In this document: positions 60,400 to 64,000 of the stretch, in pieces
Numbering within the stretch: the stretch's first letter is position 1
Layout: each line of letters opens with the position of its first letter
IMG/VR virus record: IMGVR_UViG_2718218115_000003
From: an uncultured virus (IMG/VR IMGVR_UViG_2718218115_000003)
Lineage: Duplodnaviria > Heunggongvirae > Uroviricota > Caudoviricetes
DNA: 64,000 nt
Strand: one strand, 5' to 3'
Notes under the pieces: generated by a model
What the model was told of the DNA's origin: nothing
Databases searched by the model: none
The model's input: only the letters and a program-made list of their open reading frames with translations
Program-made: the position numbers and the translations under genes

Positions 60400-60494
60400 T
60401 GAAGTTACTATTACTAAGCTTTCTTTTATGTGGCTGTACGGCACATACAATCAATAGCAATGTAAACGTATCTATTTGCGTTAAAGCACTTTAA
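60399..60494 (+). CDS. Tiny lipoprotein (31 aa, MKLLLLSFLLCGCTAHTINSNVNVSICVKAL), possible spanin-like lysis accessory; not in ORF track
   Basis: ATG overlaps endolysin TAA; hydrophobic signal and LCGC lipobox; terminator follows. Confidence 0.55.
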   Translation: MKLLLLSFLLCGCTAHTINSNVNVSICVKAL

Positions 60495-60522
60495 AAAAAG
60501 CCCTGAATATTCAGGGCTTTTT
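60493..60522. terminator. Bidirectional terminator
   Basis: AAAAGCCCTGAATATTCAGGGCTTTT. Confidence 0.7.
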
Positions 60523-60524
60523 AA

Positions 60525-60941
60525 TTAATTATTTATTTCTGCATCGTAGACAGTTTGTAAAGAGGCTTTTAGAGCTTCATCATTTGTACTATCAATGAAT
60601 TTCCTCATTTTCTCTTTGTATTCAAGGTGCCCAGCTTTATACTTTACAAGTAAGTATGAAAATTCAGCTTGCTTATAATTTGGGTCCTTCTTATTTTCTG
60701 GTTTGTTCAGCTCTACTTTTAGAACCTCTGCCACATAGTCATAGCACCTATTAATCGAAGTGGCTTCTTTCCCTTGTAGTGAAAGTAACTGACATCTAAA
60801 TGTAAGTCGTGCTGTGTCATTTGGTTTCTGTGCAAGCTGCTTATCATTTAAAGCATGCGCTTTATCATAGTCATTCAAAATCATATATATATTCATTTGA
60901 AGAAGCTCACGTTTTCGCTTATCCGTGATTTTATCGACCTC
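60525..60941 (-). pseudogene. 5'-truncated TPR-like helical protein gene
   Basis: Frame open upstream of ATG 60896 (EVDKITDKRKRELLQM) exactly to the IS-remnant junction. Confidence 0.55.
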
Positions 60942-61197
60942 CGTCTAGGAAGAGCCCTTTGGAAAAAGTGGTCTGGTTATCATCGGCGAAGTTTGGTCGA
61001 AACCAAGATGCATTGCATCAAATTATTAGGCGATAAACTCTACTCAAGGAATTTTGACAGCCAAGTGAATGAGATCCATGCACGTGTAGCCGTATTAAAT
61101 AAATTTACAGAATTAGGCAGACCTCATACCCAAGTTGTAACCTAAATTTTAGCAACTTAGGAAAACTTTACCTTCAAAGGCTTTATGCAACAAAGCC
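60942..61197 (+). mobile_element. IS5-family (IS903 group) remnant: transposase 3' end plus right IR only
   Basis: RLGR..WKKWSGYHRRSLVETKMHCIKLLGD...GRPHT.VVT; TTTATGCAACAAAGCC end; diverged from the 9844 copy. Confidence 0.85.
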
Positions 61198-61267
61198 TAT
61201 ATTTGGGTAAAAGTAATAAAAAAAATCCTCAATTGAGGATTTTTAAAGCTTAGTATTTATAAAAATA

Positions 61268-61966
61268 CTATTTTACTTTTAAATTAATATATTGAGACAT
61301 TTCAGAAGTTACTATATCAAGTATTTCTTTATTAAATAGTTTTTCGGAATTCTTTAGATGATTTGTCATTGCATTTAATTCAAAAGCTGATTTTGATTGT
61401 GATAGGTCTCTTAGCATTCCTCCAATACATCCTCTGTAATGTCGGATTCGATCTAAATCTAGATTAAGATCGGAGTCGAAGGTCTTTTCATAAATCTTTA
61501 AATCGATCAGAAATTGTTTATAGAGCTCTTCGCATTCATTGCGAAATATACTTCTTCTTTCTTCACATTCGTTAGGTATTTTTTCTGCCTGATCGATTAA
61601 ATTTTTACTAATCTCTGGGAAGTTTTTTGAGTTCCATAAATGTTTTTGTGTCATTACATACTTATGATAATAATCAAGATAACTTACAAGTTTATATAAA
61701 GATGTTTGTGTATTTCTAGCAAGTTCAGATCTATTTAAGCCTGTTTGAGAATCTCTCCAATCATTAAATAAACTAGCTGCAATTATTGCTGCCCCAATAG
61801 TAGCTAAAGCTGAAAGTATGCTTACCATTAGGGACCAAGCTTCTTTTAATGGGTTATCAATTTGATTGTAGGAATATAACCAAAGAGTGAAAAAGAAAAA
61901 TATGATACAAATGGAAGTAATCCAACCAATAGTATCTATTAATAAAACTTTAATTTTTTGATTCAT
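61268..61966 (-). CDS. Hypothetical membrane-anchored protein (AT-rich moron)
   Basis: Two N-terminal TM helices followed by AA.LF.DWR and a helical domain. Confidence 0.6.
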   Translation of the reverse strand: MNQKIKVLLIDTIGWITSICIIFFFFTLWLYSYNQIDNPLKEAWSLMVSILSALATIGAAIIAASLFNDWRDSQTGLNRSELARNTQTSLYKLVSYLDYYHKYVMTQKHLWNSKNFPEISKNLIDQAEKIPNECEERRSIFRNECEELYKQFLIDLKIYEKTFDSDLNLDLDRIRHYRGCIGGMLRDLSQSKSAFELNAMTNHLKNSEKLFNKEILDIVTSEMSQYINLKVK

Positions 61967-62063
61967 AACTTTGAGTATTTCTGAGGTTAGCTTATTTTAG
62001 ATAATCATAAATATTAATCTAGTCGAATAAATGGAAATTTCATTTAAGTTTTTGATAGAAAAA

Positions 62064-62122
62064 TGAGCAAAAAATTGCTCAAAATTGATAAAATCCTTCG
62101 AAAGTGAGCAAAAAATTGCTCA
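62064..62122. repeat. Two identical 18-bp palindromes TGAGCAAAAAATTGCTCA, 41 bp apart
   Basis: Copies at 62064-62081 and 62105-62122. Confidence 0.85.
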
Positions 62123-63418
62123 TTTAGTTATTAAAGGTAGTTCATCCCATTTAAATGGATTCTTAGTTAATTTGTCTCGTGACATTGACCAGTTGCGACC
62201 TGGTACATAACACGAACTTATACCGAGTTTTTTCTTTCCGAATTTTGTGTGTACGTTCTCTAGTGTTTTCATCAATTGTTCTTTCTTTTCTATAGCTTCG
62301 AAATCTGTGAGCAGGTCATAAGTGTGACCTGTTTTGGGTTCTAGCCCAGTTAGTATCACACCGCACTTCTTATACTTAATACCTTCTTTAAAAATGTGAG
62401 ATAGCATTTTTGTTGCAGCTTTTACGAAATCTAACGCACAATCTGTTGGTTGTGAAAATGAGCCGGTTATTGACTTGTTATAAAACGGTACATTTTCATC
62501 AAAAGGACTTGATTGAACAAAAACAATAAGACAGCCGCATAATGATTCATCATCTCTCAATCTCTTACATGCTTCTTGTGCATGCATGGCTATTGCTTCT
62601 TGTAGGTCAATAAGTTCGGTAACTTTCGCACCAAAAGAACATGACTTAATAATTTGCTTTTTAGATGGCGGAGTGTCTTCAATTTCTAGGCAAGAGATGC
62701 CTTGTAGCTCGTTAATAGTACGAGCCATAACAATAGAAAAGCGTTTTTGCATTTCACGTGGTTCAGCACAAGCTAGATCAAGCACTGTATTAATTCCCAT
62801 GCTTTGCAACTTTTTTGCATGTTTACGGCCGACCCCCCAGACTTCACTCACATCTATTTGAGCAAAGTAATATTCTTTATTGCACGGATCCATGTTTACG
62901 AGATCGCAAACGCCGTTAAAGCCTTGATTTTTCTTAGCTATATGATTGGATATCTTTGCCTCCGTCTTGCTGCGACCAATACCTACGCACACGGGCAAAC
63001 CAATCCATTTCCATATTTTTAGGCGCATATCCTGAGCGACCTTTTCTAGGTCAAAATTTTTTTCATAAGCTGAAAAATCAACAAAACACTCATCTATTGA
63101 ATATTTCTCAACTTCTTCATCAGTTACATACGATGCAAGAATCTTATGAAATCTGCGCGACATTTCAGCGTAAAGTTCATAATTGCTAGAGAGAACAATA
63201 ACATTGTGTTTTTTTACTATGTCTCTGATCTGGAATAATGGCACCCCCATTTTTATATTTAAATTTTTTGCTTCATTGCTGCGCGCAACGGCACATCCAT
63301 CGTTATTTGACAAAACGATGACTGGTTTATTGTTTAAACTTGGATTAAAGACTCGTTCACATGAGACGTACATGTTATTTACATCTATGAGAAAAAAGAC
63401 TTTATCTTCATGTCTCAT
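62120..63418 (-). CDS. umuC: DNA polymerase V catalytic subunit (Y family)
   Basis: [25 protein letters not shown] motifs; ATG 63418 overlaps umuD stop. Confidence 0.92.
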   Translation of the reverse strand: MRHEDKVFFLIDVNNMYVSCERVFNPSLNNKPVIVLSNNDGCAVARSNEAKNLNIKMGVPLFQIRDIVKKHNVIVLSSNYELYAEMSRRFHKILASYVTDEEVEKYSIDECFVDFSAYEKNFDLEKVAQDMRLKIWKWIGLPVCVGIGRSKTEAKISNHIAKKNQGFNGVCDLVNMDPCNKEYYFAQIDVSEVWGVGRKHAKKLQSMGINTVLDLACAEPREMQKRFSIVMARTINELQGISCLEIEDTPPSKKQIIKSCSFGAKVTELIDLQEAIAMHAQEACKRLRDDESLCGCLIVFVQSSPFDENVPFYNKSITGSFSQPTDCALDFVKAATKMLSHIFKEGIKYKKCGVILTGLEPKTGHTYDLLTDFEAIEKKEQLMKTLENVHTKFGKKKLGISSCYVPGRNWSMSRDKLTKNPFKWDELPLITK

Positions 63419-63915
63419 GATTTTTTTCTTGTATTTTTTAGAATATAAGTAACTACACCCCAAATTATTAGTTCTTGCCCGTCATGAAGATGAATATCAT
63501 CATAATCTGGGTTTTCAGCTTTTAACCAACGCTCATTTTCATCAATCATTAAGCGTTTAACAGTAAAATCATTATCTATAAGTGCAACAACAATATCGTT
63601 GTGTTTAGCATCAAGACTACGATCAACAATCAACTCATCATCAATATCAATGCCAGCGTTAAGCATCGAAAGTGATGCCACTCTAACAATAAATGTTGCT
63701 TCTTCATTTTTAATTAGGTGCTCATTCATGTCGAGAGTTCGATCAACATAATCTTGAGCAGGAGAGGGAAAACCAGCTGAAACTTTTTCTATAGCTAAAG
63801 GTATTGAAAAAAAAGTAGTAGGTGAAACTAATTTTATGGATTCAACCTCACTCAATACCTTGCCAGCATTGAGATGTGGTTTAATTTCGATAATGGAATT
63901 GGGGATAATGCTCAT
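63415..63915 (-). CDS. umuD: DNA polymerase V subunit UmuD (S24 peptidase)
   Basis: SAGFPSPA cleavage site, catalytic Ser (SLSM) and Lys (FTVKRL). Confidence 0.92.
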   Translation of the reverse strand: MSIIPNSIIEIKPHLNAGKVLSEVESIKLVSPTTFFSIPLAIEKVSAGFPSPAQDYVDRTLDMNEHLIKNEEATFIVRVASLSMLNAGIDIDDELIVDRSLDAKHNDIVVALIDNDFTVKRLMIDENERWLKAENPDYDDIHLHDGQELIIWGVVTYILKNTRKKS

Positions 63916-63923
63916 AGTTACTC

Positions 63924-63946
63924 CTTGATTTCGTTACATAATCAAG
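63924..63946. promoter_or_regulatory. Putative Acinetobacter DNA-damage (UmuDAb-type) operator
   Basis: CTTGATTTCGTTACATAATCAAG = TTGA-N4-GTTAC-N4-TCAA inverted repeat just upstream of umuD. Confidence 0.65.
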
Positions 63947-64000
63947 ATGATATGCTAGAGCTTGGTTTAAATTCAAATTAAAAAAATTGTGCATAAATAA

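Larger units (their letters stand above)
1..64000. mobile_element. Large P1-like contractile-tailed prophage (late/virion region), probably defective; boundaries not visible in window
   Basis: Continuous run of terminase, portal, protease, capsid, sheath, tube, baseplate, fibre, holin/endolysin and Dar-like genes; excisionase-like gene at left edge; no host housekeeping genes; no att site or integrase seen. Confidence 0.9.

Noticed and set aside
60855..61145. 96-aa ORF as a transposase gene
   Set aside because: Chimeric frame: antisense of the neighbouring gene fused to an IS fragment
63419..63463. N-terminal extension of UmuC in the ORF track
   Set aside because: Lies inside umuD; ATG 63418 with ATGA coupling gives the typical UmuC start
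1..64000. CRISPR array, tRNA or rRNA genes
   Set aside because: No regularly spaced direct repeats with unique spacers and no cloverleaf or rRNA-like segments recognised by eye

Overview
The whole window is the AT-rich late/virion half of a large Acinetobacter-type prophage. The host is inferred from the IS903-group and IS66 elements, the umuDC pair and a UmuDAb-type operator. The virion is P1-like and contractile-tailed: intein-containing terminase large subunit, portal, prohead protease, major capsid, sheath, tube, baseplate, lysozyme-bearing tape measure, a giant spike/fibre gene and a lysis cassette. It also encodes head-packaged DarA/Hdf/DdrB/DarB-like proteins. The prophage appears to be decaying: an IS5-family element (9-bp TSD) splits a HEPN-motif gene, an IS66 element (8-bp TSD) splits the ~3,450-aa tail gene, a second IS5 is truncated, and a headless ORF near 430 suggests the early/replication region was deleted. 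The most striking unannotated patterns are: (i) a TGGAAC motif 67-79 nt upstream of 16 phage gene starts, usually followed by a hairpin covering the ribosome-binding region; (ii) a Phe-Asp-Ser motif recurring in predicted head proteins at domain boundaries, a candidate maturation-protease site; (iii) an Hdf/DarA-like head protein carrying a phosphoribosyltransferase cargo; (iv) a Tad1-like anti-defence sponge; (v) a probable nested gene inside the DarB-like ORF; (vi) a tape-measure lysozyme paired with an LprI inhibitor. All protein-family calls come from motifs recognised by eye and from gene context; no database search was run.
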